Part shown: positions 49,748-60,644 of the stretch, piece after piece | How positions within the stretch are numbered: position 1 is the stretch's first letter | Layout: the number at the start of each line of letters is the position of its first letter | From: an uncultured Hyphomicrobiales bacterium | Lineage (GTDB): Bacteria > Pseudomonadota > Alphaproteobacteria > Rhizobiales > Hyphomicrobiaceae | Length of the DNA: 64,000 nucleotides | Direction of reading: 5' to 3' | NCBI GenBank assembly: GCA_902826715.1 | Contig: CADEFX010000001.1 | Location: 1,972-65,971 of the forward strand | Program-made: the position numbers and the translations under genes | Notes under the pieces: model-generated | The model's database searches: none | The model's input: only the letters and a program-made list of their open reading frames with translations | What the model was told of the DNA's origin: nothing

Positions 49748-51489
49748 TACCGGTCTCCCTTCTGACCGGTAGCGGGTGCATTGACGAGCGACGCCTTGAG
49801 CGCGGCATCGACGGCCGCGAGCGATGTCTGCACGGCCTGCCGCGCCTCCACCTTCTTCAACCAGTCCTGCGCCGGAATGGCAGCGCGCGGCGACAGTTTG
49901 CCGGCTTCGGCAAGGACGTCGCTGAGGCGGTTCTCCTTTAGCGCCGTTTCCATGCGCCCGACGATGGCCTCGGTGGAGGTATCGCTTGGGGCATGCGTGA
50001 CCTTGCGGACGCGGACGATGGTGCGGGCACCGGAGAGCAGGCGATCCATGAGCGAGGCCTCGGGCTGCTCGGCGTCCGCATCGATGATGGCGTTGGCGAC
50101 GGTCTGGAACTCGCGCGCGAGTTCTGCCTCGAGAGGTACGCCCTCGTGCTGATAGCGCTCCAGCGCGCCAAGATCGAAATTGGCGCCACCGCGTTTCTTT
50201 ACGGCGGCAAGTTCAGCGGCATAGCTGCCACCGCGATCGAGGGCGCGCTTCAGGTTGCCGAGCTCGAGCGAGAGGACAATGCGCTCGGCCGCCGTCTTGC
50301 GATCGCCGTCGGCGCGGACAACGCCTTGCAGGCTTTCCTCCACCGCCGCGACCTTGTTGGACAAGGGCGTAACGGCCGAAGCCGTACTCTTGAGCTGCCC
50401 TTCCACGGCGTCGATGGCGGTCTTGAGTGCAGCGGTCTCCGTTTGGAGTGTTCGCAGGGTTTGGTCCAGACGATCCGTGCCGGCTTTGAGCGTGTCGACG
50501 CGCTGCCCTATGCGCGCTGTCTCAGAGCGGCTGCCTGCAAACTCGCGGTCAAGGCGCTGGACGCCAAATTTGGCCGCTTCGCTGGCTTCGGTGATCAAGG
50601 TTGTCTTGGTATCGATCTCCTGGTCCAGATCCTTGCGCAACATGGAGAGGCGGGTCGACAAGGCCCCTTCGAGATCGTTGAGTTTGCCTAGGATCTGCGC
50701 CAGTTGCGGAATGCGTCCGGAAGACTGCGGATCGGCGGCGGCCATGGCGGCGAGCGCCGTGAGCTGTTCCTGCAGCTTGTCGAGGCGGCCTGCCGCCTCG
50801 CGATCGGGCGATTGGGCGATGGAAGTGCGGAGCGCATTCGTCTGCTCGGTCAGTTTCGCTTGCGAGTCCCGCAGGGCGCCGACGGCGCGATTGAGATCGG
50901 CGACCTGGGTCAATCCCGTTTCCAGGCCGGTCAAGCGCTTCGCGGCATCTGCTGGCAGGGCATCGCCCTGCTTCGCCTGCTGCTCGACCGCCGCGATCCG
51001 GGCATTGAGGGATTGCACAAGATCGGCATTGGCCGACCGCGGATCTTGAGATGGCGCCAGGGCAAGGCTGCCGATAAGCGCGAGAAGGCCACCCGCCACG
51101 CCCGCGATGGCATGAGACGCGTAGCTGCTCCAATCCCTGGGTTGCAGTGCTGCCGCACCGGCCGGATCTATGGCGCGATGGCCTGTGGCACCGAGGGCGG
51201 GGCGCGATGGGGACACGGCTGCAGCCGCTGCGGACACGCGGGCCGCCGCTTCGGATTGGTCGTTCCTGGGCGCAGCTCCGGGCGACGATGACGAACTCGA
51301 TGTCGCCGAACCCCCGGCGGAGGGCTTTGCAGCAGTTTTGGCGTCGCCGGAAGGTTCCGCGCTGCCCGAGGACGCCGTGCGCACCTCGGTCGCCTTGAGA
51401 TCCAGCGTCGCGTAAGGACGCTTGGCGCCGGCCGCGTCGTTGCCGCGCTTGTCCGGACCCTTCGGCGGCGGGTCTTTCTTATCGGTCAT
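49747..51489 (-). CDS. mitofilin/Mic60-like (COG4223) membrane protein
   Basis: Low-complexity N-terminus, one transmembrane segment (HAIAGVAGGLLALIGSLAL), a long coiled coil, and a C-terminal mitofilin-like block (MDRLLSGARTIVRVRKV...IVGRMETALKENRLSDVLAEAGKL...DWLKKVEARQ). It lies between hemD and hemY. AGGAGG Shine-Dalgarno. Confidence 0.7.
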   Translation of the reverse strand: MTDKKDPPPKGPDKRGNDAAGAKRPYATLDLKATEVRTASSGSAEPSGDAKTAAKPSAGGSATSSSSSSPGAAPRNDQSEAAARVSAAAAAVSPSRPALGATGHRAIDPAGAAALQPRDWSSYASHAIAGVAGGLLALIGSLALAPSQDPRSANADLVQSLNARIAAVEQQAKQGDALPADAAKRLTGLETGLTQVADLNRAVGALRDSQAKLTEQTNALRTSIAQSPDREAAGRLDKLQEQLTALAAMAAADPQSSGRIPQLAQILGKLNDLEGALSTRLSMLRKDLDQEIDTKTTLITEASEAAKFGVQRLDREFAGSRSETARIGQRVDTLKAGTDRLDQTLRTLQTETAALKTAIDAVEGQLKSTASAVTPLSNKVAAVEESLQGVVRADGDRKTAAERIVLSLELGNLKRALDRGGSYAAELAAVKKRGGANFDLGALERYQHEGVPLEAELAREFQTVANAIIDADAEQPEASLMDRLLSGARTIVRVRKVTHAPSDTSTEAIVGRMETALKENRLSDVLAEAGKLSPRAAIPAQDWLKKVEARQAVQTSLAAVDAALKASLVNAPATGQKGDR

Positions 51490-51571
51490 TGCCTTGACCT
51501 CCTGCACCAAACGCCGTCTTTGCCTGCTCGCACCGGCGCCCGCATCGTTGGCTTGCCTCGAAGGCGATGAG

Positions 51572-52306
51572 CTACTCGTCCCATTGTGCTGCCGTCAACT
51601 CTATCTCGGCAAGCAGGCCGTCGAGTGTTGGGCGCTCGGGGATGGCGACGGGGACCTCGCCAAGCGCCGCAAGGCCTCGAACTATGGCGCTGGACATGCA
51701 GAAATGCACAATTTTAGGGAGTGCGTAGTTCAGGCGGTACCGGGCCACGAGATGGGCATAAATGCGGGCTGTTTGAGGCGACATCAAAATGACGCCCTCG
51801 ATGTCCCCGTCGGTGAAGGCGTCGATGGTCGATGGCGAGAAGGCTTGTGCCGCCTCCATGCGATAGACGGTCGGTTGCAGCACCCGGAAGCCCAGCAGTT
51901 CCAGCTCGGATTTGATGTCGAAAGCCAGTGTGTCGCCGGCAAGGTGAACCAGCAGGCCATCCGTGGAGTCCTGCGTGGCTGCGATGGCCGGCACGAGGTC
52001 GGCAGCGCGTCCTGCGCCGACGAGGATGCGCTCGAAGCCCATGTTGCGCGCTTCCGTGGCGGTGGCCTTGCCGACGACGAAAATCGGAACGTTCCGCGCC
52101 GCGGCGAGCGCGGGCGAGCCGCGCAAGGCGCGCAGCGCGTTGCGGCTGGTGGCAATAAGGGCGGAGGCACCGTCGAGGTCGATGGGGTCGGCGTCTTCAA
52201 AGGACAGGCGCATGAGGGGCTCGACAATGGTATCGTGGCCATTCTGCTCCAGTCGTCCGGCGAGCTTCATGGCGTCCGGCTCGGGCCTAGTGACGAGCAG
52301 ATGCAT
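51572..52306 (-). CDS. hemD: uroporphyrinogen-III synthase
   Basis: [11 protein letters not shown] start; about 244 aa HEM4-like; immediately downstream of hemC with a 1-nt overlap (TGATG). Confidence 0.83.
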   Translation of the reverse strand: MHLLVTRPEPDAMKLAGRLEQNGHDTIVEPLMRLSFEDADPIDLDGASALIATSRNALRALRGSPALAAARNVPIFVVGKATATEARNMGFERILVGAGRAADLVPAIAATQDSTDGLLVHLAGDTLAFDIKSELELLGFRVLQPTVYRMEAAQAFSPSTIDAFTDGDIEGVILMSPQTARIYAHLVARYRLNYALPKIVHFCMSSAIVRGLAALGEVPVAIPERPTLDGLLAEIELTAAQWDE

Positions 52307-53235
52307 CAGTTGAGCGCTCGGAAGAAATCGGGGCCGGCGCGGCCGACCAGCTCGGCGGCCAGATCCTCACCCATGCGCAAGGCCTCCTGCGGCGGGCCTT
52401 CGCGCTGCGAAACGTGGGACTGTGCACCATCGGGCGTGAGAATTTCACCCGACAGATGGAGACGCCCGTTGCTCAGTGTCGCCAAGCCGGCGATCGGCGT
52501 GCGGCAGGAACCGTCCAGCTTGGCCAGCATGGCGCGTTCGGCGGCAACGCAAATGGCGGTTTCCTGGTGATTGATGGCGCCGAGCAGGGCGGCGGTGGCA
52601 TCGTCAGCGGCGCGGATTTCGATGGCGATAGCGCCCTGGGCCACTGCGGGCAGCATGACGTCCGGCCCGATGGGCGAGGTGATGCGGCCTCGCAGCCCGA
52701 GGCGATTGAGACCAGCGCATGCGAGCAGCGTGGCGTCGGCATCGCCGGCCTCGAGCTTGCGCAGGCGCGTCTCGACGTTGCCGCGCAGCCCGGTGACGCG
52801 AAGATGCGCGTGGCGGCGCAGGATCTGCGCCTGCCGGCGGAGGGAGGACGTGCCGACTGTCGCCCCCCGGGGCAAGGTGTCGAGCGAGGCGTGGCGCGGG
52901 CTGATGAAGGCGTCGCGAACGTCCTCTCGGGGTGGATAGGCAGTGATGATCAGGCCGTCTGGCAGGATGGTCGGCATGTCCTTGGCAGAGTGGACGGCCA
53001 GATCGATGGCGCCGCTCAGCAGGGCCTCCTCGATCTCCTTGGTGAACAGGCCCTTGCCGCCGGCTTCGGAGAGCGGCCGGTCCTGAATCCGGTCGCCGGA
53101 CGTGGTGATGGGAACGATGTCGAACTCCGTTTCAGGCAGGTCGTGCGCCTGGGCCAGACGGAGGCGCACCTCGCGGGCTTGCGCCAGCGCCAGAGGCGAG
53201 CCACGGGTGCCTATGCGTCGTCTCACTGCTTGCAC
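52306..53235 (-). CDS. hemC: hydroxymethylbilane synthase (porphobilinogen deaminase)
   Basis: [47 protein letters not shown] and a C-terminal [11 protein letters not shown] motif. A GTG start at 53235 (or 53226) gives about 309 aa. Confidence 0.9.
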   Translation of the reverse strand: MQAVRRRIGTRGSPLALAQAREVRLRLAQAHDLPETEFDIVPITTSGDRIQDRPLSEAGGKGLFTKEIEEALLSGAIDLAVHSAKDMPTILPDGLIITAYPPREDVRDAFISPRHASLDTLPRGATVGTSSLRRQAQILRRHAHLRVTGLRGNVETRLRKLEAGDADATLLACAGLNRLGLRGRITSPIGPDVMLPAVAQGAIAIEIRAADDATAALLGAINHQETAICVAAERAMLAKLDGSCRTPIAGLATLSNGRLHLSGEILTPDGAQSHVSQREGPPQEALRMGEDLAAELVGRAGPDFFRALN

Positions 53236-53381
53236 GGTGCCGGTTTCCGGTGCTAGGCCCAAGCCAGTCGGGCGCCAAGCGACCCCTTGTAGCCCGCGGC
53301 GCTTCGCAATCGCAAACCCTTCCGGACACAGGCCTAATCTTGGGCGCGGGCAAACCCTCAAAGCAGCACGGCGACAGCCTC

Positions 53382-54455
53382 GTGCTCGGTATCGAGACGA
53401 GCTGCGACGAGACGGCGGCGGCGGTCGTCGGGCGCGACGCTGCGGGGCGCGGACGGATTTTGTCGAACATAGTGCGCTCGCAGTGGGAGAAGCACCGGGC
53501 CTATGGCGGCGTGGTGCCCGAGATTGCGGCACGGGCCCATGTCGAATGCCTCGACGCGATCATCGGCGAGGCGATGGCGGCGGCCGGGGTAGACTGGGAT
53601 GATCTCGACGGCGTGGCGGCCACGGCAGGTCCGGGGCTGGTCGGCGGATTGATCGTCGGGCTGATGACAGCGAAAGCGATCGCACTTGCCCGGGGCATAC
53701 CGTTGATTGCTGTGAACCATCTGGAGGCTCATGCGCTGACGGTTGGACTGACGGACGGCATAGCGCCGCCCTACCTGCTGCTGCTGGTCTCAGGAGGGCA
53801 TACGCAGCTGCAACTTGTGCTCGGCGTCGGCCGCTACGAGCGGCTCGGGACGACGATCGACGACGCGCTGGGCGAAGCCTTCGACAAGACAGCCAAGCTG
53901 CTCGGCCTCGGCATGCCGGGCGGTCCGGCGGTCGAGAAGGCTGCTGCGGCGGGCGATGCGTCCCGGTTCGCATTGCCGCGGCCCATGATAGGCCGGAGCG
54001 AGCCGCATTTCTCCTTTGCCGGCCTCAAAACGGCCGTCCGGCAGCAGGCGCAGGCATTGGTACCGCTGAGCACGCAGGACGTTGCGGATTTGTGCGCCGC
54101 CTTCGAGGCTGCGGTCACGGACGTTGTCGTAGACCGGACACGTTGTGCCGTGAAGATGACGCGTGAGCGATATGATTCGCCTGCTTGGCGCACGTTGGTC
54201 CTGGCAGGGGGCGTAGCGGCCAACATGCGCATCAAAGCCGGACTGACCGCCCTTGCCGCCGCCGAAGGATGCCAAATCTTTGTCCCCCCGCCGGCCCTTT
54301 GCACGGACAATGGAGCTATGATCGCGTGGGCAGGGTTGAAACACTTGGCTGAGGGGCGAACGGATCCGTTGACGCTTCCGGCACGGGCGCGCTGGCCTCT
54401 CGACCCGGATGCTGTGCCGGCCGTCGGTTCGGGGCGGCTTGGGGTCAAGGTCTGA
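53382..54455 (+). CDS. tsaD: tRNA N6-adenosine threonylcarbamoyltransferase
   Basis: [48 protein letters not shown]. The start is uncertain: GTG at 53382 gives about 357 aa; in-frame TTG at 53340 and GTG at 53250 are alternatives. Confidence 0.88.
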   Translation: MLGIETSCDETAAAVVGRDAAGRGRILSNIVRSQWEKHRAYGGVVPEIAARAHVECLDAIIGEAMAAAGVDWDDLDGVAATAGPGLVGGLIVGLMTAKAIALARGIPLIAVNHLEAHALTVGLTDGIAPPYLLLLVSGGHTQLQLVLGVGRYERLGTTIDDALGEAFDKTAKLLGLGMPGGPAVEKAAAAGDASRFALPRPMIGRSEPHFSFAGLKTAVRQQAQALVPLSTQDVADLCAAFEAAVTDVVVDRTRCAVKMTRERYDSPAWRTLVLAGGVAANMRIKAGLTALAAAEGCQIFVPPPALCTDNGAMIAWAGLKHLAEGRTDPLTLPARARWPLDPDAVPAVGSGRLGVKV

Positions 54456-54481
54456 GGGCGATCCATATCGGGGATTGAAGA

Positions 54482-55798
54482 ATGCGGATTGTCGTCATCG
54501 GATCAGGGTATGTGGGGTTGGTCTCCGGCGCCTGCTTTGCCGATTTCGGTCACGAAGTGATCTGTGTCGACAAGGACGCGGACAAGATCGCCAAACTGAA
54601 GGCGGGCGCCATTCCGATCTACGAGCCGGGGTTGGATGCGTTGGTGGCCTCCAATGCCGAGGCTGGCCGGCTGACGTTTGCCACCGAGCTGGCAGCTCAG
54701 GTGGCGGATGCCGACGTGGTGTTTCTGGCGGTCGGCACGCCGTCGCGGCGCGGCGATGGGCACGCCGATCTCACCTACGTGTATCAGGCGGCAAAGGAGG
54801 TGGGCGATTGTGCCAACGACGGGCTGGTGTTGGCCACGAAATCGACCGTACCAGTCGGCACGGGGGACGAGGTCGAGCGCATCGTGCGCAAGGCGCGGCC
54901 CGACCTTGCCTTCGACGTGGTCTCGAACCCCGAGTTTCTTCGGGAAGGCTCGGCCATCGAGGATTTCAAGCGCCCCGATCGCGTCGTGATCGGGGCCGAC
55001 AGTCAACGCGCGCGCGATCTCATGACGGAGGTTTACCGGCCGCTGTATCTCAATCACTCGCCCTTGATGTTCACCGACCGGCGAACGTCGGAGCTGATCA
55101 AATATGCGGCCAATGCGTTTCTGGCGGTGAAGATCACCTACATCAACGAGATGGCGGACTTGTGCGAGCAGGTCGGCGCCAACGTGCAGGAGGTGGCGCG
55201 CGGCATCGGCCTCGACAACCGCATCGGCTCCAAGTTTTTGCATGCGGGACCCGGATACGGTGGCTCGTGCTTCCCCAAGGACACGCTGGCGCTGATCAAG
55301 ACGGCGCAGGATTACAATGCGCCGACGCGCATCGTGGAGACCGTGGCCGCGGTCAACGAGCAGCGTAAGCGTGCTATGGGACGAAAGGTGATTGCCGCGT
55401 GCGGCGGCAGCGTGCGGGACAAAACAATTGCGATGCTGGGGCTGACGTTCAAGCCGAATACGGACGACATGCGTGAGGCGCCATCCATCGCCATCGCCAC
55501 GGCTCTGCAGGATGCGGGTGCACACGTGCGGGGATTCGACCCGGAAGGGATGGAGCAGGCGCGTCCCGTGCTGCCCGGCGTCGAACTGTGCGACAACGCC
55601 TACCAATGCATCACGGGCGCCGACGCGCTGGTGATCGTTACTGAGTGGAACGAGTTCCGCGCGCTTGACCTGAAGCGGGCGCACAAGCTGCTGAAATCGC
55701 CGGTCGTCGTCGACCTGCGCAACATCTACAGGCCCGACGAGATGGCGCGGCTCGGCTTCACCTACACCAGCGTGGGGCGGAGCAGTCGCAAGGACTGA
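54482..55798 (+). CDS. ugd: UDP-glucose 6-dehydrogenase
   Basis: MRIVVIGSGYVGLVSGACFA, NPEFLREGSAI, catalytic GPGYGGSCFPKD; 438 aa. Confidence 0.92.
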   Translation: MRIVVIGSGYVGLVSGACFADFGHEVICVDKDADKIAKLKAGAIPIYEPGLDALVASNAEAGRLTFATELAAQVADADVVFLAVGTPSRRGDGHADLTYVYQAAKEVGDCANDGLVLATKSTVPVGTGDEVERIVRKARPDLAFDVVSNPEFLREGSAIEDFKRPDRVVIGADSQRARDLMTEVYRPLYLNHSPLMFTDRRTSELIKYAANAFLAVKITYINEMADLCEQVGANVQEVARGIGLDNRIGSKFLHAGPGYGGSCFPKDTLALIKTAQDYNAPTRIVETVAAVNEQRKRAMGRKVIAACGGSVRDKTIAMLGLTFKPNTDDMREAPSIAIATALQDAGAHVRGFDPEGMEQARPVLPGVELCDNAYQCITGADALVIVTEWNEFRALDLKRAHKLLKSPVVVDLRNIYRPDEMARLGFTYTSVGRSSRKD

Positions 55799-55808
55799 GG
55801 CGCCAGCG

Positions 55809-57116
55809 TCAGTGCGTCTCGGTGGCTTTTGTGCTCTCGGCGCGCGCAGCCTGCTCGCGGCCGAGAAGGAGGCTCAGCGCGAGCCATGCGACGGCAAACG
55901 GCAGCGCCACGACGGCGACGACCGAGGCCGGGGCGCCGAGGCCGCGGGCGAGGCCATTGATGAGCCAGCCGCTGGCGGCATCGCCGCCGCGGAAAACGAC
56001 GGTGTCGATGAAGTTCTGGGATTTGTATTTTTCTTCCGGGTGGACGACCGTGTAAAGCACGCGCATGCCAGGGTTGGCTATGGCGAAGGCGATGGCGCGT
56101 TCGGCGACCATCACCGCGACAATGACGGGGAGACTCGGCGCGAAGCTCAGAGCGATGAGCCCGATGGTGGCCGACAAAGGCAGCGTGGCGATGCTCAGAC
56201 CGACGCCCAAACGCTGAAGGAATTGGGCTGTCAGGGCGAGCTGGCCGAGCACCGTCAGTGTATTGACGATGAGGTCCATGCGGGCAAACAGCTGCACGCG
56301 CTGGGTGCGGTCGCTCATGGTCTCGCCGATGATGCGGGCCTGCTCCAGGTAGAAGAACGTGCCGATCAGGTTGGCGAGCAGCACCCACAGGGCGATCTTG
56401 CGCAGATAAGGTGACTGCAACGTGCGTCTCGCGCCGGCGAGCAGGGAGCCCCCGGTCGGGGCGTCGGCGGTGGCGGACGTTTCTTCGCTGATGTGCCGGC
56501 GCAACGCCACGGCGCAGGCAATCGCCAGGGTCAACAGCACGGCAGAAACGAGCAGAAGGTTCGTCGGCCCGGCGATTGAGACAAGGCTATGGGTCAGGAG
56601 CGGCCCTGTGATGGCGCCCGCACTGCCACCCGCGGCGATGAAGCCGTAGAGACGTTTGGCTTGCGCATGGGTCCATGCGTCCGACATGACGCTCCAGAAC
56701 AGCGACACGACAATGAGATTGAAGATGCTCACCCAGACGAAGAAGGCGGATGCGTGCAGCGCCGACGTGCCGCCCAATGTGAAGAGGAGCCAGAAGGCAA
56801 CGAGGTTGACGACGAAAAAGCCGTAGACGATCGGCACGACGTGGCTGCGGGCATGCGTTGCGACGATCCACCCGAACAGCGGCACGACGGCGAGCATCAC
56901 GACGAAGACGACAACGAACAGCCACTGCAGGCCGTCGGCGCCGACGGTGACGCCCATTTCGTCGCGGAGCGGCCGCAGGATGTAGTAACTGCAAAGCACG
57001 CAAAAGAAATAGGCGAACGACCACAGCATGGCTGCGATCTCGCCGGGCTCGATAGAGACGAGGCGCGAGAGGCGGTCCGCGGCGGTCGCGATCGGGCGGG
57101 GCACTAGGGCGGTCAT
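55809..57116 (-). CDS. MFS-type transporter related to the TLC (ATP:ADP antiporter / NTP exchange) family
   Basis: About 11-12 predicted transmembrane segments. The N-terminal block IEPGEIAAMLWSFAYFFCVLCSYYILRPLRDEMGV resembles the conserved TLC-family start (E..K......F......Y.ILR..KD). Confidence 0.65.
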   Translation of the reverse strand: MTALVPRPIATAADRLSRLVSIEPGEIAAMLWSFAYFFCVLCSYYILRPLRDEMGVTVGADGLQWLFVVVFVVMLAVVPLFGWIVATHARSHVVPIVYGFFVVNLVAFWLLFTLGGTSALHASAFFVWVSIFNLIVVSLFWSVMSDAWTHAQAKRLYGFIAAGGSAGAITGPLLTHSLVSIAGPTNLLLVSAVLLTLAIACAVALRRHISEETSATADAPTGGSLLAGARRTLQSPYLRKIALWVLLANLIGTFFYLEQARIIGETMSDRTQRVQLFARMDLIVNTLTVLGQLALTAQFLQRLGVGLSIATLPLSATIGLIALSFAPSLPVIVAVMVAERAIAFAIANPGMRVLYTVVHPEEKYKSQNFIDTVVFRGGDAASGWLINGLARGLGAPASVVAVVALPFAVAWLALSLLLGREQAARAESTKATETH

Positions 57117-57228
57117 GACGATCCGGGGTGACGGGCGGAAGGCATCGTAAGGGGAGGCGGCGGAGTATCCAAGCTGTGTCGGCGGTGCGCCTTGCTCTCG
57201 GCGCGAGCGTCAGCTAGGGCTCAGCGTC

Positions 57229-58815
57229 ATGAAGCTTTACCGTGCCTTCGCGACAGTCGGCGTTCTCACGCTTGTGAGCCGCATGCTCGGTTTTGTCCGC
57301 GATATTCTGCTGGCGGCAATCCTCGGCACGGGGCCGGTTGCCGAGGCATTCGTGGTGGCATTCCGATTCCCCAATCTGTTCCGCCGCTGGTTCGGCGAGG
57401 GCGCGTTCAATGCCGCCTTCATCCCGTTGTTCGCCAAGAAACTCGAGGACGAGGGCCGGGATGCGGCGCGGGCGTTTGCCGAGCAGGCAATGTCGGGACT
57501 CACGTTCATTCTGCTGCTGTTGTCAGCGGTTTGCATGATCGCCATGCCTTGGCTGATGTACGTGCTGGCGCCGGGCTTTGCCGACACGCCGGAGAAGTTC
57601 GATCTCGCCGTGCTGATGTCGCAGATCGCGTTTCCGTACCTGCTGTGCATGTCACTCGTGGCGCTGCTGTCGGGGGTGCTGAATACGCTCGGCAAGTTCA
57701 TCGAGAGCTCAATGATCTCCGTCGTGCTCAACCTGACGCTGATCGCGGCCATGCTGATCGCGCTGATCCTGGGCTATCGTAACGACCGTGGCGCCGGTCT
57801 CGTCATGGCGTGGGGTATCTTCGCGGCCGGCATTCTGCAGCTCGCGCTGCTGCTCGACGGCGCGCGCAGGAACGGTCTGGTCCCGAAGCTGCGCTGGCCT
57901 CGTTACAGCGACGACATGCGACGGCTCGTTACGCTCGGGGTGCCGGGCATCATTGCCGGTGGTGCGACGCAGATCAACATCGTCATCGGCGGCATGATTG
58001 CGTCGTGGCAAGACAGTGCGGTGTCCTACCTCTACTACGCGGACAGGCTGTACGAACTGCCGCTGGCGATCGTCGGCATTGCTATCGGGGTGGTGCTGCT
58101 GCCCGAAGTGTCGCGTGGCCTGCGCACGGGGGATCACGCGGCCGTCATGGACAGCCAGAATCGGTCGCTGGAGTTCGCGATGCTGCTGACGGTGCCGGCG
58201 GCCGTGGCACTCGCCGTCATTCCGTTTCCCATCGTCAGCACCTTGTTCGAGCGCGGGCAGTTCACGGCATCGGACACGCGCGCAGTGGGGGCCGCTTTGG
58301 CGATCTTCGCCATCGGGCTGCCGTCGTTCGTGCTCATCAAGGTGTTCTCTCCGGCGTTCTTCGCGCGCGAGGACACTGCCACGCCGATGCGCTACGCGGC
58401 GGTGAGCCTGGGCGTGAATACGGCGGGCTCCATTGCGCTGTTCCTCCTGTTCCGCCGTTTGGGGGTGATGCCGCACCTGGGCATAGCCGTGGCCACGACG
58501 GTCGGCGGGTGGCTGAACGCCTACCTGCTCTGGTCTGCTCTGCGGCGCAGGGCGCATTTCGTAGTGGACGCGCGCCTTAAACAGGCGTTGCCCATGATCA
58601 TCGTTTCCAGCATTGCGATGGGCGCGCTTCTCTGGGTTCTGGCCGCGGTGTTTGCCGAGGAGCTGGCGTCGGGAAGTAGCCTGCCGATCCGATTAGGAAC
58701 GATGGCGGGAGTCATAGCGGCGGGTCTCATCGTTTACTTTACGGTGGCGCACGTTACTGGGGCGGTGCGGCTCGGGTCGCTCAAGGCGGCCTTCACCCGG
58801 GGTCAGCCATCCTGA
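57229..58815 (+). CDS. murJ: lipid II flippase MurJ (MviN)
   Basis: LTLVSRMLGFVRDILLAAILGTGPVAEAFVVAFRFPNLFRRWFGEGAFNAAFIPLF, a canonical MurJ N-terminus; 528 aa, polytopic. Confidence 0.93.
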   Translation: MKLYRAFATVGVLTLVSRMLGFVRDILLAAILGTGPVAEAFVVAFRFPNLFRRWFGEGAFNAAFIPLFAKKLEDEGRDAARAFAEQAMSGLTFILLLLSAVCMIAMPWLMYVLAPGFADTPEKFDLAVLMSQIAFPYLLCMSLVALLSGVLNTLGKFIESSMISVVLNLTLIAAMLIALILGYRNDRGAGLVMAWGIFAAGILQLALLLDGARRNGLVPKLRWPRYSDDMRRLVTLGVPGIIAGGATQINIVIGGMIASWQDSAVSYLYYADRLYELPLAIVGIAIGVVLLPEVSRGLRTGDHAAVMDSQNRSLEFAMLLTVPAAVALAVIPFPIVSTLFERGQFTASDTRAVGAALAIFAIGLPSFVLIKVFSPAFFAREDTATPMRYAAVSLGVNTAGSIALFLLFRRLGVMPHLGIAVATTVGGWLNAYLLWSALRRRAHFVVDARLKQALPMIIVSSIAMGALLWVLAAVFAEELASGSSLPIRLGTMAGVIAAGLIVYFTVAHVTGAVRLGSLKAAFTRGQPS

Positions 58816-58872
58816 CTTGCGCCGGTGCGGCCTTTCACGCCATAACGCGCCGTCCCGAGAAGGAAGTAGACG

Positions 58873-59913
58873 ATGATGAAGCTTACGCCGCGCGTATTTT
58901 CCGGCATGCAACCAACCGGCAACCTGCATCTGGGCAATTACCTGGGAGCGATGGTGCGCTGGGTGGAGATGCAGAAGAGCCACGAGTGCTTGTACTGCAT
59001 CGTCGACATGCACGCGATCACGTTGTGGCAGGAGCCGGCCGAGCTCAGGCAGTCCATCCGTGAAGTTGCGGCGGCCTACATTGCCAGCGGCCTCGATCCC
59101 AAGCGCTCGATCATCTTCAACCAGTCTCAGGTGGCGCAGCACGCGGAGCTGGCCTGGATCTTCAATTGCGTGGCGCGGCTGGGATGGCTCGATCGCATGA
59201 CGCAATTCAAGGAGAAAGCCGGCAAGGAGAAGGAGCGCGCCTCGGTCGGGCTCTACGCCTATCCGGTGCTGATGGCGGCGGATATCCTGCTGTATCGCGG
59301 CACGCACGTGCCCGTGGGCGAGGATCAAAAGCAGCACCTGGAGCTGGCACGGGATATCGCGCAGAAATTTAACAATGACTATCGCGATTCAATCGTCGCG
59401 AGCGGCTACGCCGATGGCTTGTTCTTCCCGCTGCCCGAGCCATTGATCCAAGGGCCGGCGACGCGGGTCATGAGCCTGCGCGACGGTACCAAGAAGATGT
59501 CGAAGTCGGACCCGTCGGACCTGTCGCGCATCAACATGAGCGACGACACGGATGCCATCGCGCGCAAGATCCAGAAGGCCAAAACCGATCCCGAGCCTCT
59601 GCCCTCCGAGGAGGCGGGTCTTGAAAGACGGCCGGAGGCAGACAATCTCGTGGGTATCTACGCGGCGCTTGCTGATACGACGAAGGAGGAGGTATTGGGC
59701 CAGTTCGGCGGCAGCCAGTTCTCGGTCTTCAAGAAAGAGCTGGCGGAGGTGGCCGTCGCGCGCGTTGCACCGGTCAACGCCGAGATGCAACGGCTTCTGG
59801 GCGATCCGGCGGAGATCGACCGCATCCTGGCGAATGGAGCGAGCCGGGCGCGGACCTTGGCGCAACCAATCCTGACCGAGATCAAGAACATCGTCGGGTT
59901 TATTCAGAGTTGA
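58873..59913 (+). CDS. trpS: tryptophan--tRNA ligase
   Basis: [17 protein letters not shown] (HIGH-type), [15 protein letters not shown]; 346 aa. Confidence 0.96.
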   Translation: MMKLTPRVFSGMQPTGNLHLGNYLGAMVRWVEMQKSHECLYCIVDMHAITLWQEPAELRQSIREVAAAYIASGLDPKRSIIFNQSQVAQHAELAWIFNCVARLGWLDRMTQFKEKAGKEKERASVGLYAYPVLMAADILLYRGTHVPVGEDQKQHLELARDIAQKFNNDYRDSIVASGYADGLFFPLPEPLIQGPATRVMSLRDGTKKMSKSDPSDLSRINMSDDTDAIARKIQKAKTDPEPLPSEEAGLERRPEADNLVGIYAALADTTKEEVLGQFGGSQFSVFKKELAEVAVARVAPVNAEMQRLLGDPAEIDRILANGASRARTLAQPILTEIKNIVGFIQS

Positions 59914-60006
59914 GCCGAAATGCACTCAGGTGTTTGCGCGCGATCATCTGAACAATACCCGCGCGATTGTTGTTGTTGCGGTCTAGCCTGCATGGCAGCA
60001 TGAGCT

Positions 60007-60510
60007 ATGGCCAAGAAGAGACGTGTCTACGAGCAAGGTCACTTGCGCAAATACCTGGTGGTCGTCGATGACTTGCCGGAGGTGGAAACCGCGTTGAACT
60101 TCGCGGCAAGTCGCATTGCCCACAGCGGCGGCGTCCTAGTCATGCTCTACGTCATCGAGCCGCAGGACTATCAGCACTGGGTGGGCGTGCGCCAAGTCCA
60201 GCTCGAGGAAGAAACCAATACGGCCAAGGCGGTCTTCCGGCTGAACCGGCGCAAGCTGAACAACGCAGGGTTTGATGCTATCGTGAGCGAGGAAGTCATC
60301 CGCGAGGGCAAGAAGGCGGAGGAAATCATCAAGCTCATCGACGAGGACGAGGATATTGCCATTCTGGTATTGGGCGCCTCGCCGGATGCCAAGGGGCCAG
60401 GCCCGCTCGTGTCGTCCCTTGCGGCCGGCAAGGTGGCGGGAACTTTTCCCATCCCCATAACCATCGTCCCCGGCGATCTGACCCTGGATGATCTGCGCGC
60501 ACTGGCGTAA
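60007..60510 (+). CDS. universal stress protein (UspA) family protein
   Basis: 167 aa, YLVVVDDLPE ... ILVLGAS ... PITIVPG pattern of the Usp alpha/beta fold. Confidence 0.78.
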   Translation: MAKKRRVYEQGHLRKYLVVVDDLPEVETALNFAASRIAHSGGVLVMLYVIEPQDYQHWVGVRQVQLEEETNTAKAVFRLNRRKLNNAGFDAIVSEEVIREGKKAEEIIKLIDEDEDIAILVLGASPDAKGPGPLVSSLAAGKVAGTFPIPITIVPGDLTLDDLRALA

Positions 60511-60644
60511 AAGCAGCCCGGCGTATCTTGACGGCGCCCTGGAGTTTTGACGCCATAGCGCCTATATATTAGAATTGTTCCAAAGCAGAGTTTGGCCATG
60601 CCGCGCTTGTTGTGTGGGCCGCCAGTCTCGGGAGACAGAATCGC

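Noticed and set aside
53250-53381. Longer tsaD start (GTG 53250 or TTG 53340)
   Set aside because: It would place the start only 15 bp from the divergent hemC start and would add a non-conserved 44-aa leader. The conserved TsaD N-terminus ([10 protein letters not shown]) begins at the GTG at 53382. This remains uncertain.
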